From positions 780,001 to 812,000 of the forward strand of contig NC_000854.2 in assembly GCF_000011125.1 (NCBI RefSeq): a stretch of DNA of 32,000 nucleotides, read 5' to 3'. The translations under genes and the position numbers were made by a program. The DNA comes from Aeropyrum pernix K1. GTDB lineage: Archaea; Thermoproteota; Thermoprotei_A; Sulfolobales; Acidilobaceae. Below, piece by piece: positions 9,356 through 18,527 of the stretch (within the stretch, counting starts at the first letter, position 1; each line of letters opens with the position of its first letter). The notes under the pieces are model-generated. The model searched no databases, was not told the DNA's origin, and saw only the letters and a program-made list of their open reading frames with translations.

Positions 9356-9429
9356 ACGGTGGGGCTTCTATTCTGAGGAGACCAGGGCTAGGTCACCCAC
9401 TCAAGCCCACCGCTGTGGCGGGGAAGAGT

Positions 9430-9472
9430 AAAACACACCAGGGGCTCCGGGGGCCCCTGGGGGCTGTGTTTA
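9430..9472. terminator. Imperfect GC-rich hairpin flanked by T-runs; putative bidirectional terminator between the array trailer and the convergent small ORF
   Basis: CCAGGGG (9438..9444) pairs with CCCCTGG (9454..9460), and ACACA (9433..9437) pairs with TGTGT (9465..9469). On the plus strand GTGTTT and GGTTTT follow. On the minus strand the hairpin is followed by GTGTGTTTTA. Confidence 0.35.
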
Positions 9473-9490
9473 CATGGTTTTCGTCGTTGT

Positions 9491-9757
9491 TCATGGTGGG
9501 CTGCCGTATACGGGGTCTAAGTCTCCATCGTCATCGTCTAGTTTTGTGTAGCATAGGCGTCTTTCCCCCTCGGCCGTGACGTTTAGGTGCTGGGCGTTGT
9601 GTTCTTCGAGGATTGGCATGAGCTGTAGCATGATCTGTGGCAGGCGGTAGGGGTTTGTTCTTATCGTGAACTCTATTTTAACCGTCATAGTCCAGTCTTG
9701 GCTTCCGTTTGGGCCTTCCCGGCCCTCGGGCATCTCACCCTGCTCCCCAGCCCCCAC
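9491..9757 (-). CDS. Hypothetical small protein with an acidic C-terminus
   Basis: 88-aa ORF. An AATAAAA TATA-like element (revcomp of 9776..9785) lies about 25 nt upstream of the ATG at 9757, consistent with a leaderless mRNA. The core reads MTVKIEFTIRTNPYRLPQIMLQLMPILEEHNAQHLNVTAEGERRLCYTKLDDDDGDLDPVYG. I recognise no family. Confidence 0.45.
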   Translation of the reverse strand: MGAGEQGEMPEGREGPNGSQDWTMTVKIEFTIRTNPYRLPQIMLQLMPILEEHNAQHLNVTAEGERRLCYTKLDDDDGDLDPVYGSPP

Positions 9758-9799
9758 AGGCGCGGGGGCTGGCGTGTTTTATTGTACTGTGGTTGTACC

Positions 9800-11551
9800 T
9801 TATATGGCTTGCGCCTCCCCTCCCTCCCTCCTGCCTGAGATCCTCTTGGCGGCTGCAGCTGCTGCTAGTATGAGTATGTAGGCTATCTCCACGGGTACTA
9901 TGGCTGCTGGTATGGGCTGTAGGGCGTTCTCTGCGACGAGGCTGAGCACGAGCCTCATAACTATGTACGGCGGCAGTGCCATGACCAGGTATAGGGCTGC
10001 GGCAGCTACAGAGACCCCCCTGCCGGCGGCTAGCAGGTACGCGGCGGCCAGCAGGGGTGAGAGGGCTGCCGAGAGGGTCATAAGCTCTAGCGTGGGGAGC
10101 CCTAGGGTTAGGGAGGGGGTTACCGCGGACCTCTCCATCAGGCTCAGCATGCCCAGGCTGAACCGGCCGGGCCAGCTCCAGAAGGCTATGGTGTAGGCGG
10201 CCGCCGTTGCATAGGCCGCGGCGAGGGCGGCTGGCCAGCGGGGTAGGCGGCTCCTATGCGCTTGGAGGCCAGCCAGCACCGTGGCGGCTAGGAGTATGAT
10301 GGCCGGGAGTATCCTGGGCGGGCTCCAGGGGAGGCTGGTGGCGAGGACCTCGCCCGGAGCTCTGGATACAACCTCTCCACTGAGCACGAGGGGTATGAGG
10401 GGTATGCCGGGCAGGTAGGCTAGGCCGTCGCTTGAGGGCCTCCACTCCGCCCCCCCGGCTAGGAGGTCGGGCCACCCAGCCTCCTCCCCGGCGGCGGGTG
10501 CGAGGAGAGTCCTAACGGCCTCAACACCACCGTCTCTAAACTCCTCGAGCACCAGGAGGGCGGAGTCCATCCAGCCCGGCGCCGGCTTGTAGTGGTTGTT
10601 GTTGCCGCTGTATGCAACCGCGGCCACGGCCCCCGCACTCCTCAGTGCATCTACGGTGGCCGCGAGCCCCTCTGTTGGGAAGTACTCGTCGTGGCCTGAG
10701 AAGAGTATGTAGAAAGCCTTCCCCGCGAGCCAGCCCCTCTCCCCGGCCATCCTGATGTATGAGAGGGGGTCCGCGGGGGATAGCATGGCCACAGTCTCAA
10801 TATCAACGGGGGCGTCGGGGGGGCCTACGAGGTTTGCGAGGCCCCCGGACTGTATCATGCAGGGGAGGCAGCCCGACGCCACTATCGGCACCGCCAGGGC
10901 TACGGCGGGGTGTAGTGAGGCCACTGTGTAGCTTGTGAGGCCGCCCATAGACACGCCCATAACCGCGATACCCCCGGGCTCGGCACCGAGCTCCAGCGCC
11001 GCCTCCACCGCCCTCACCCCGCTCAGGTAGACGTGGTAGAGGAAGAACTCCCCGGGCTCCAGGGTGAGGGCCTTGTCACGCCAAGACTCTCCCCCCGGGA
11101 TGCAGGACTCCCCGTGGCCCGCGGCGTCGATGGCGAGGACCTTGAAGCCTCTCAATGCGAGGTCGTACGCCACCCTATAGCCGCCTAGGGGCTCCTCGAA
11201 GAACGTGTGGTCTCCCCCGAGGCCGTGGACCAGCAGTACCCAGGCCCGGCCCGGGGTGGGGGAGCTGTAGATCCAGCCGTATACCCTGCAGTCGGGCGCG
11301 CCGGGGAGGAGGCTGAACGATATCTTTGTCACCTCTACAGCGGAGCCCCCGTAGCTCTCGGCCCATGTGTCCTCCATCCTAAGGTCCAGGTCCTCGGACC
11401 AGTCGAAGCCCCAAAGCATCCTGTAGAGGTCCTCAGCTAGGGGCGGGGTGGTTGTGTAGCTGTCCTGGGAGGGGTCTAGGAGGGTGTAGAGGTTAACGTA
11501 TCCTATGAACACTAGGATGAGGAACAAGGCAGCCGCTATCCGGCGAGACAA
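9800..11551 (-). CDS. Membrane-anchored alpha/beta-hydrolase fold protein (esterase/peptidase-like) with a C-terminal polytopic membrane domain
   Basis: 583 aa with a TTG start. It has an N-terminal signal anchor RRIAAALFLILVFIGYV. LLVHGLGGDH is oxyanion-hole-like and GVSMGG is the GxSxG nucleophile elbow. The last ~190 aa form about 5 hydrophobic segments. Confidence 0.75.
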   Translation of the reverse strand: MSRRIAAALFLILVFIGYVNLYTLLDPSQDSYTTTPPLAEDLYRMLWGFDWSEDLDLRMEDTWAESYGGSAVEVTKISFSLLPGAPDCRVYGWIYSSPTPGRAWVLLVHGLGGDHTFFEEPLGGYRVAYDLALRGFKVLAIDAAGHGESCIPGGESWRDKALTLEPGEFFLYHVYLSGVRAVEAALELGAEPGGIAVMGVSMGGLTSYTVASLHPAVALAVPIVASGCLPCMIQSGGLANLVGPPDAPVDIETVAMLSPADPLSYIRMAGERGWLAGKAFYILFSGHDEYFPTEGLAATVDALRSAGAVAAVAYSGNNNHYKPAPGWMDSALLVLEEFRDGGVEAVRTLLAPAAGEEAGWPDLLAGGAEWRPSSDGLAYLPGIPLIPLVLSGEVVSRAPGEVLATSLPWSPPRILPAIILLAATVLAGLQAHRSRLPRWPAALAAAYATAAAYTIAFWSWPGRFSLGMLSLMERSAVTPSLTLGLPTLELMTLSAALSPLLAAAYLLAAGRGVSVAAAALYLVMALPPYIVMRLVLSLVAENALQPIPAAIVPVEIAYILILAAAAAAKRISGRREGGEAQAI

Positions 11552-11569
11552 AGGTCAACCACCCTCCAC

Positions 11570-11595
11570 AAAAACCCGGCCGCCAAGAGGCCGGG
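11570..11595 (-). terminator. Hairpin plus T5 tract downstream of the alcohol dehydrogenase gene
   Basis: The minus strand reads CCCGGCC-tcttggc-GGCCGGG followed by TTTTT. An outer pairing ACCCTCCAC / GTGGAGGGT encloses it. Confidence 0.3.
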
Positions 11596-11719
11596 CGTGT
11601 ATTGTTTTATACTGGTGGAGGGTTTTCAGCGTGGAACATCAGTTTTGTACATATAATCTGCCGGTCGAAGACGAGTAGCGATGAGGCAGTGGTAACCGAA
11701 TCCCCCCGGATACAGACGT

Positions 11720-12718
11720 CTATATGGTGACTACAATCTTCATGCTCTCCCTGTCCAGCGATGCTTCGAAGGCCTCTGGAGCCTCCTCCAGGCTTCTGAA
11801 CTTTGTTACCTGGGGCTCAACTTCTCCAGACTCGAGTAGGCGGAGGGCCTCCTTGAACTCCCTGTGGCTGCCGCAGCGTGTGCCGATGAGCCTGATCTCC
11901 TTCACCACGGCTAGGGTCTGGCTGAAGACCGCCTCCCCTCCTGGGGTACTCTTCACGTGCACTACGCCCCGGGGTCTGGCGAGGGCTGTGGCTATGCTCA
12001 GCCCCTGGTTGCTGCCTGTGGTCTCGAACACCATGTGGAACCCTAGGCCGCCTGGAGTCTCTGAGGCCGCCTTCACAGCCTCCTCCGGCGTGAGGACCTC
12101 AAGCCCGAGCCTCCTGAAGAACACGGCTTTGGGGCTGTCTGGCCTGGCGACTATGGCGGGTTTGAAGCCGTAGGCGGTGAGTGTCTGGGCGGTGAGGTGG
12201 GCCATGAAGCCCGTGCCCAGCACCGCCACCGCCCAGCCGGGCCTGGGGGGCGCTTGTTGGAGCGCGTTTAGCACAGCGGCGAGGGGCTCGGCGGCGAACG
12301 CCTTCTCGTGGGGCATGTTGTGGGGGTGGAGGGCCCATGGGGGTGCGGTGAAGTACTCCGCCATGCCCCCGTCGAAGTCTATTCCTAGGGTCTTCTTGCG
12401 GGGGCAGTGGGTGTAGAGCCCCTCCCTGCATACCTCGCAGCGGAGGCAGGCGAAGTTAATCTCGCTCACGACCCTAGAGCCAACGAGGTCCTCAGGCCCC
12501 TCCACAACCTCACCCGAAACCTCATGCCCGGGCACCAGGGGCTTCTTGAACAGCGGGTAGGTGCCCCTGTAGAAGGCCTTATCCGTACCGCATATCCCCA
12601 CGGCCCTGCTCCTAACCAGCGCCCAGCCCTCAGGCTGCTCGGGGGGCGGGAGGTCCTCAACCCTTACATCACCCGGCCCATATAGGACGGCAGCCCTCAA
12701 CGCGTCTTCCCCTGCCAT
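11720..12718 (-). CDS. Zinc-dependent alcohol/threonine dehydrogenase family protein (MDR superfamily)
   Basis: Motifs seen are GICGTDKAFYRG, PGHEVSGEVVE (catalytic Zn ligands) and CLRCEVCREGLYTHC (structural Zn cysteines). VAVLGTGFMAHL is the Rossmann glycine motif. Confidence 0.9.
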   Translation of the reverse strand: MAGEDALRAAVLYGPGDVRVEDLPPPEQPEGWALVRSRAVGICGTDKAFYRGTYPLFKKPLVPGHEVSGEVVEGPEDLVGSRVVSEINFACLRCEVCREGLYTHCPRKKTLGIDFDGGMAEYFTAPPWALHPHNMPHEKAFAAEPLAAVLNALQQAPPRPGWAVAVLGTGFMAHLTAQTLTAYGFKPAIVARPDSPKAVFFRRLGLEVLTPEEAVKAASETPGGLGFHMVFETTGSNQGLSIATALARPRGVVHVKSTPGGEAVFSQTLAVVKEIRLIGTRCGSHREFKEALRLLESGEVEPQVTKFRSLEEAPEAFEASLDRESMKIVVTI

Positions 12719-12890
12719 CCAAATAGTTGCCTGAAAGCCCTCTATTAACGTGGCCTCCCAGCCGGCAGCCCGGTGGTTTTTGAGTGACGGTTAACTCTCA
12801 GGCAGTCAGCTGTGTGATTTTGACGTGGATGCTATTCCGTAGTAATATTATAAACGGTCTCTAGGAGCGGAGTATACTATTTATAATATT

Positions 12891-15506
12891 GTGCCTCTAT
12901 ATACTAGTATAGTCACAGATATATTCGGCTGGGCTCTGGCTGGGGGCGGTTACGGCTTGGGCTTGCACGGCGTTTTTCTGACTGCGAAAATGTTTCTCGG
13001 CCGTAGGCGGGTTGTGGCCGTTCTGGCGGTCACCATCATGCTCCTCGCCAGCATACCCTACATGGCAGGGGCGGTTTCGAGGATAGGCTCGGCAATAATG
13101 GTTGAGACATTCCTTGACCAGTCCAGACCCCACATGGCCCTACACCTGTGGTTCCCCGGTACTGTGGAGAGCGAGGTCCTCGGCGGAGCATGGTCAAGCG
13201 TGTCCACGGTGTTGGAAGACCTCGGGTTCAAGGCCTCGTCGAGGGTGTACGTGGTTGAGGCTGGATTGCTGGCTGTTGAGGCCGGCACCTCCCCATCACA
13301 GCCGGGCTTGCCAGAGGCCGGGGCTCCCGGCGTGGCGGGTGAGACTCTAGTTGTTGGTGGAAGGGTTTTCACGCTTGCTCCAGTCTACCTGGTCATAGCG
13401 CCTGAGGACCTAGAGCCCAAAGCCCTAGGTCTGGGCAGTGGAGTGGTGCTGCCGTCATCACCCCCCGCTGGGGGTCCGGTTGAGGTCCTCGCCGCCATGG
13501 TGAACCCGGCCTCAGCATCTCTAGCCGAGCGGGGGTTTTTCGAGGTCCTCGGGGTTCAGTACAGGATCATCGGCTCCGCCGCCCCGGCTGCAGGTATAGT
13601 GGGGTTTTCAATAGTCTCCTATGTGATGGGCGAGGAGGGGTTCGGCTACTCCATGGCCTGGGGCTATGCCCTCTTCCTATACACCACCAGCCCCGATCCG
13701 GAGGCTCTAGCCCTTTGGATAGCTTCGAGATACGGCGAGGCCGTCTCGCAGGGAGGACTGGCGATGGGGGATATCCTTGAGGAGCTGGAGAGCTCCCCTC
13801 CAGGAGAGCCCGTGATTCTGCCCCCACGGCCTGTTATAAACGCACTAGATGGGGGCTGGGCCTCTAAGGCTGTTGGCGGGCTAGTGTCTATGGTTGTTCT
13901 AGCCGACTATAAGGCTGAAGAGCTGGCCAGCTATATCTTTCGAGGCGACATAGAGGCTCTCATTAACAATGTAAGAGCTAGGCTGGGGCAGGCCCTATTT
14001 GAGGATGCCGGGGCGTGCCTGATTGGCGTAGAAGTTATCGGCCAGGACATACGCATCGGCGGATCCTATTCAGCCTGCAGCCCCATAGAGGATGGGGCCC
14101 GCTATACAGCCCTGGCCCACGCAGCCCTGTACGCCCCGCCAGTTGAGGGGGGCCTCTTCCTCCTCTCCAATATAGCCGCCCTCGCGGCCGTCTCAGCCAT
14201 CCTAGTAGCCCTCCTCGTTTCAGCCCTGCAGGCGGGGACGGCAGTGGTAGAGTGGTTGCTGGGCGATATGAGGCCCTGGCTCGCCATGCTCATAGCCCGT
14301 GGAGGGGGCAACACTCCGAGGGCTGGACTGGCCCTGGCTGTGCTCATTGTCGCCGGGTTTTCCATACTCATCGGGGGGATTGTGTCCTCCGCTGCCATAC
14401 CCCTCCTCACCTCCCTCATGCTGGATTACCCGGGCGTGGTGGAGGGGAGGGAGCTTCTAGTCAGCCGGGGATTGTGGATAGCCTCAGGCTCGGTAGCGTT
14501 GCTGGGTGTTGGGGCTGCTCTAGTCTCCAGGCTGGGGAGGCTGGGGGAGATTAGCCCTGTGGAGGCCGTGAGGAGGGTTGAGGCGCTGGAGAGGGGGCAC
14601 AAGGGGAGGGGGCGGAGGGCGGTGACGGTCTTTGTAGCACTCTCTATAGTCTCCGTCCTGCTGGGGTTGCACGGCGACCCCGAGGGGGTTTTGGAATGGT
14701 TTTTCGACATGGTCGGCGAGATGGTGGCGATACCTATAGCATTTATCATATTCGTGGCTTTCTTCCTGTCGCCCCTTGCCCCCGCGATACTCCTGTCATT
14801 CGCCTCCTCAACCCTCGCGGGAGGCTCCAAGCCTTACATACTGCTGGCGAGGATCTCCTCCAGGCTCATGCCCGAGGAGGTGTCGGGCTTTACCGTATCC
14901 TCGGCGCTTAGGATGAAGGAGAGGATGGCGGCGTCCTCCAGAGTAGTTACCATGGCTTTCGCAGCCCTAGCCTCATTCACCATAGCCGATGGCTTCGCCG
15001 TATCCCTTGAGGAGACGCTGGCTGGCTTATCCGGGAGGCCCTACGACATAGTCTCCCTGATAGCCGCCTCCAGGGCCATGGCGGCCGCGTCACTCCTAGC
15101 AGCCGCAGCCGCATCCGTGGTCTACCTCGCCACAGCATACGCGGGTGTAGCTGGGACTATCGAGGTTCTGGAGAGGGAGGCTGTCGTCCTCAGGGCGAGG
15201 GGCGCTAGCCGGGGGGTGGTCCTCGCCTTCATCTATGGCAGCCTCCTCCCACTCATGCTATACTCCGCGGCCGCGGGTCTCGCAGCGGGCGTGATCGGCG
15301 GCCTCTCCATTCTAGCCACGTTCAAGGCGGCAAGCATGACCGTCTCACCCGATATACCGGGGGAGATAGGCCTCCCCCTCCCGACCCCCACCGCTCAGGC
15401 CATGGCCCTCCTCATACTCCCCCTGGCGGCCGCCCTCCTACTCCCCGCTGCTACCTCGGCGGCCACCGCCCGTGAGGCCGATATTGCTAGGGCGTTGAGG
15501 TCGTAG
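12891..15506 (+). CDS. ABC transporter permease with two FtsX-like (MacB-type) domains
   Basis: 871-aa polytopic protein. FtsX-like signatures occur around ...[26 protein letters not shown]... and ...[22 protein letters not shown].... A MacB/LolD-type ATPase gene follows directly. The track start is the GTG at 12891. The ATG at 12990 ([14 protein letters not shown]...) lies downstream of the TATA-like TTTATAATATT (about 12880) and may be the true start. Confidence 0.75.
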   Translation: MPLYTSIVTDIFGWALAGGGYGLGLHGVFLTAKMFLGRRRVVAVLAVTIMLLASIPYMAGAVSRIGSAIMVETFLDQSRPHMALHLWFPGTVESEVLGGAWSSVSTVLEDLGFKASSRVYVVEAGLLAVEAGTSPSQPGLPEAGAPGVAGETLVVGGRVFTLAPVYLVIAPEDLEPKALGLGSGVVLPSSPPAGGPVEVLAAMVNPASASLAERGFFEVLGVQYRIIGSAAPAAGIVGFSIVSYVMGEEGFGYSMAWGYALFLYTTSPDPEALALWIASRYGEAVSQGGLAMGDILEELESSPPGEPVILPPRPVINALDGGWASKAVGGLVSMVVLADYKAEELASYIFRGDIEALINNVRARLGQALFEDAGACLIGVEVIGQDIRIGGSYSACSPIEDGARYTALAHAALYAPPVEGGLFLLSNIAALAAVSAILVALLVSALQAGTAVVEWLLGDMRPWLAMLIARGGGNTPRAGLALAVLIVAGFSILIGGIVSSAAIPLLTSLMLDYPGVVEGRELLVSRGLWIASGSVALLGVGAALVSRLGRLGEISPVEAVRRVEALERGHKGRGRRAVTVFVALSIVSVLLGLHGDPEGVLEWFFDMVGEMVAIPIAFIIFVAFFLSPLAPAILLSFASSTLAGGSKPYILLARISSRLMPEEVSGFTVSSALRMKERMAASSRVVTMAFAALASFTIADGFAVSLEETLAGLSGRPYDIVSLIAASRAMAAASLLAAAAASVVYLATAYAGVAGTIEVLEREAVVLRARGASRGVVLAFIYGSLLPLMLYSAAAGLAAGVIGGLSILATFKAASMTVSPDIPGEIGLPLPTPTAQAMALLILPLAAALLLPAATSAATAREADIARALRS

Positions 15507-15517
15507 GGTGGTGTGGC

Positions 15518-16438
15518 GTGGCGGGTATTGGTGGTGAGGACCTCGCGGTTGTTGTTGAGGGTGTTGTGAAGATATACGAGTCTAGGGGCGAGAGGATTGT
15601 AGCCCTCAGGGAGGTCAGCCTCTCCGTGGCGAGGGGCGAGGTCCTCGCTATAATGGGGCCGTCAGGCTCTGGCAAGACTACCCTGCTGAACATAATAGCC
15701 GGTGTAGACAGGCCGAACGCGGGAAGGGTTATTGTGGATGGTTTTGAAGTCTCCAGCGCCGGCGGGGAGGAGCTTAGGAGGTTCCGGCTCGAGAGGGTGG
15801 GCTACGTTTTCCAGCAGCACAACCTTATACCAACCCTCACGGCGCTGGAGAACATACTCCTCCCCATGGCCCTGGCCGGGAAGGCCAACAGGCTCCGCGG
15901 CCAGGAGCTGCTCAGGAGAGTCGGGCTAGGGGGGAAGGAGCGCAGGTACCCGGAGGAGCTGAGCGGGGGCGAGCAGCAGAGGCTTGCCGTTGCCGTGGCG
16001 CTCGCCAACGACCCTCCCATAATAGTGGCTGACGAGCCTACGGGCGAGCTTGACATCGCGACAGGCGAGAGGATAGTTAGGATACTCCTGGAGGAGGCGC
16101 ACAGCCGGGGGAAGACAGTGGTACTGACCACCCACGACCCCCGGGTGGCGAGGATGGCGGACAGGGTGGCGGTGATCGAGGACGGCAGGCTACGGGGGGT
16201 CTACAGCCCCTCAAGGATAGCCGGGGCCACAGGCTTCGGAGAGGTTGAGGCGGAGAAGGCTGTTGAGGCTGTGATGAGGAGGATCCTGGATGACGCGGAA
16301 CGCCGTCTAAGGGAGGCTGAAGACAGGTTCAGGAGGGGGGAGGTCGGCATAGACGCTCTAGTGGAGACATACACTCGGGTGAAAGCGCTGAGGGAGGCGG
16401 TGCGGGAAGAGCTATCAAGACTAGGAATCACGGGCTAG
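15518..16438 (+). CDS. ABC transporter ATP-binding protein (MacB/LolD-like) with a C-terminal coiled-coil-like extension
   Basis: Motifs seen are Walker [11 protein letters not shown]-loop, signature [15 protein letters not shown], Walker [13 protein letters not shown] and H-loop TTHD. An extra ~80 aa at the C-terminus is rich in E/R/A ([22 protein letters not shown]...). Confidence 0.93.
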   Translation: MAGIGGEDLAVVVEGVVKIYESRGERIVALREVSLSVARGEVLAIMGPSGSGKTTLLNIIAGVDRPNAGRVIVDGFEVSSAGGEELRRFRLERVGYVFQQHNLIPTLTALENILLPMALAGKANRLRGQELLRRVGLGGKERRYPEELSGGEQQRLAVAVALANDPPIIVADEPTGELDIATGERIVRILLEEAHSRGKTVVLTTHDPRVARMADRVAVIEDGRLRGVYSPSRIAGATGFGEVEAEKAVEAVMRRILDDAERRLREAEDRFRRGEVGIDALVETYTRVKALREAVREELSRLGITG

Positions 16439-16449
16439 ACGCGGATGGG

Positions 16450-17211
16450 GTGGAATGCGGTTTGGGCGGTGCAGGCCAGCCGGCGGTGGAGGCGGAGGGG
16501 GTTTGGAAGCGCCTGGGGGGCAGGTGGGTTTTGAAGGATGTCAGCCTCACAGTCCCCCGGGGCTCGGTATACGGGGTAGTGGGGCCTAACGGGGCCGGGA
16601 AGACCACTCTCTTCAGAACTCTCCTAGGCCTCTACAGGGCTGACAGGGGTAGGGTGGCGCTTCTGGGCGAGCCTGTCGAGAGGGCGGGCGGCAGCCTGTT
16701 CCGGAGGGTCGCCTACCTCCCCGAGGATGGCGAGCCCTACAGGAACATGACGGGCCATGAGTTCCTGAGGCTCTACGCATCCATCTACGGCGTTGAGGAC
16801 CTCGAGGGGTACCTCGAGGAGGCCTCCCGCCTCTCAGGCCTCGGAGGTAGACTGGGGGAGAGGGTGAGGTCCTACAGCAAGGGGATGAGGAGGAGGCTTC
16901 TCGTGGCCGCGATGCTCGCCCTCAAACCATCCCTCGCAGTGCTGGACGAGCCCACTGCAGGGCTAGACCCGGTCTATAGCGTGGGGATTAGGAGGCTCCT
17001 GAAGGAGTATAGCGAGAGGCACGGCGTGACGGTGCTCCTGTCCAGCCATAACATGTACGAGGTGGAGAGCGTGTGCAGCGAGATAACAATGATATCCAGT
17101 GGGAGGATAGTCTACTCCGGCAGCCCTGGAGAAGCTGTCAGGAGGACGGGCGCCTCTAGCCTCGAGGAGGCCTACGTAGCCCTCGTGACAGGAGGGGGTG
17201 GTGAATCGTGA
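16450..17211 (+). CDS. ABC transporter ATP-binding protein (ABC-2/NatA-like)
   Basis: Motifs seen are Walker A GPNGAGKTT, signature YSKGMRRRLLVAAML, Walker B LAVLDEPTAGLDP and H-loop SSHNM. The gene overlaps the downstream permease by 4 nt. Confidence 0.93.
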   Translation: MECGLGGAGQPAVEAEGVWKRLGGRWVLKDVSLTVPRGSVYGVVGPNGAGKTTLFRTLLGLYRADRGRVALLGEPVERAGGSLFRRVAYLPEDGEPYRNMTGHEFLRLYASIYGVEDLEGYLEEASRLSGLGGRLGERVRSYSKGMRRRLLVAAMLALKPSLAVLDEPTAGLDPVYSVGIRRLLKEYSERHGVTVLLSSHNMYEVESVCSEITMISSGRIVYSGSPGEAVRRTGASSLEEAYVALVTGGGGES

Positions 17212-18527
17212 GCCTCAGGAGGGTTCTCCCCCTGTTCGTAGTGAAGGAGCTGAAGGAGGTCCTCAGAGACCGCACACTACTCTTCAACCTAGTCATATCC
17301 CCGATGCTGGGCGTGGTTGTGTGGATAGTCGTTGTCGAGGCCATATTCGCAGGATCCATAACACCGCAGACGGGCAGCGGGGGGATCCCAGGTCTCGAGG
17401 GCCTTGCTGTGGTGGACCTGGACGGCACACCCCTCTCACAGGCAGTAGCAACGGCCCTCGGAGCAGCTGCAGCGGGGAGCGTTGAAGAGGCTCTACAGGC
17501 CGGGTATAAGATGGTCCTGGTCATACCCGAGGGCTTCGCCTCCACCCTACAAAAGGGTGGGCAGGCGAGGCTTGAGCTCTACATTCAGGCTGGGGAGGTC
17601 CTCAGGAGCCAGGGCCTCCTAGGGTTCTTCAGCTACAGCGGGCTCTCCGGGGCTCTGGAGGGTGCCGTGGACTTGCTTGCCAAGCAGGCCCTCGGCATAC
17701 CCACGGCCGAGGACCTCGTGAGGGTGGAGGAGAAGCCGCTGGGCATTCTCGAGGGCAACCCGGCATCCCACCTGCTAGTCCTGTTCATGCTGCTTATGGC
17801 CTCATTCATAACGGGCTCCTTCCTACTCCAGGTCTCCGCGATAACTGTGGGCTATGACAGGGAGCAGAGGACCCTTGAGCTCCTCCTGGCAACCCCCCTG
17901 AGGACCCGGGGGTACGTGGCTGTAAGGCTGGCCGGGGCAGCGTCTATGGCTTCCGTCGGCCTCCTATCCCTCGCGGCAAGCCTCCTCATAATGATGGTGT
18001 ACGCCGCGGTCAGGATACCGCAGGAGGTGGGAGGAGGTGTAACCTCGGGGGAGCTAGCCTCTCTTCTGGGCGAGGCCGCCGAGAGGCTGGCTCCAACTCC
18101 TGGCCAGGTGCTCGTCGCCCTCGCCAGCATAGCAGTCACCGCCCTATACACGCTGACCCTCGGCCTTATACTAGGCTTCGTAGGCGCTGGCGACGTCAAG
18201 TCGGCTCAGACGGCCTCGGGCATGTCGGTGTTCATACTCTTCATACTACTCCTCCCCCTAGCCGCAATACCCTTCAGGCTGCCACACGCCATACCCCTGG
18301 CCCTCCACCCCATAACAGCCGCCCCCGCAGCCTACCTAGCCTACGCCAACGGAGACTATGCTATGGCCATAGGGATGCTAGCCTCCACACTAGCGGGCTC
18401 GGCACTCGCGGTAGCCGCAGCAGCGAGGCTCTCAAGGCCCGAGAGGCTCCTAGCACTGGGCTCCGGCGGGGGAGGCTTGATAAGCTCCCTAGGTCTCAGG
18501 GGCTGGAGGGCTAGACCACGGGAGTGA
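17208..18527 (+). CDS. ABC-2 type transporter permease (NatB-like)
   Basis: 439 aa. The N-terminus FVVKELKEVLRDRTLLFNLVISPML is typical of ABC-2 permeases. It has a large extracytoplasmic loop followed by about 5 TM segments, and it is translationally coupled to the preceding ATPase. Confidence 0.8.
   Translation: MSLRRVLPLFVVKELKEVLRDRTLLFNLVISPMLGVVVWIVVVEAIFAGSITPQTGSGGIPGLEGLAVVDLDGTPLSQAVATALGAAAAGSVEEALQAGYKMVLVIPEGFASTLQKGGQARLELYIQAGEVLRSQGLLGFFSYSGLSGALEGAVDLLAKQALGIPTAEDLVRVEEKPLGILEGNPASHLLVLFMLLMASFITGSFLLQVSAITVGYDREQRTLELLLATPLRTRGYVAVRLAGAASMASVGLLSLAASLLIMMVYAAVRIPQEVGGGVTSGELASLLGEAAERLAPTPGQVLVALASIAVTALYTLTLGLILGFVGAGDVKSAQTASGMSVFILFILLLPLAAIPFRLPHAIPLALHPITAAPAAYLAYANGDYAMAIGMLASTLAGSALAVAAAARLSRPERLLALGSGGGGLISSLGLRGWRARPRE

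Noticed and set aside
6854-9431. Track ORFs inside the array (for example 6854..7231, 7524..7940, 7536..7751, 8089..8286, 9060..9260, 9129..9431) with recurring peptides LSIPFRDM, FLFPLGIC, HIPKGNRK and ISLKGIE
   Set aside because: The recurring peptides are the six-frame translations of the 25-nt CRISPR repeat. The ORFs exist only because repeat plus spacer lengths happen to avoid stops.
9453-9465. 13-mer GCCCCTGGGGGCT shared between the array trailer hairpin and the hairpin at 28119..28131
   Set aside because: A window of this size and GC bias is expected to contain several chance 13-mer pairs, and the surrounding sequence is not similar.
12099-12685. Numerous R/P/G/A-rich ORFs overlapping real genes on other frames or strands (for example 12099..12431, 12407..12685, 14426..14830, 17156..17545, 19100..19528, 19539..19775, 22092..22478, 22333..22677, 24971..25525)
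   Set aside because: These are typical long shadow ORFs of about 65 percent G+C coding DNA. Each overlaps a gene with clear family motifs and has a biased, motif-free composition itself.
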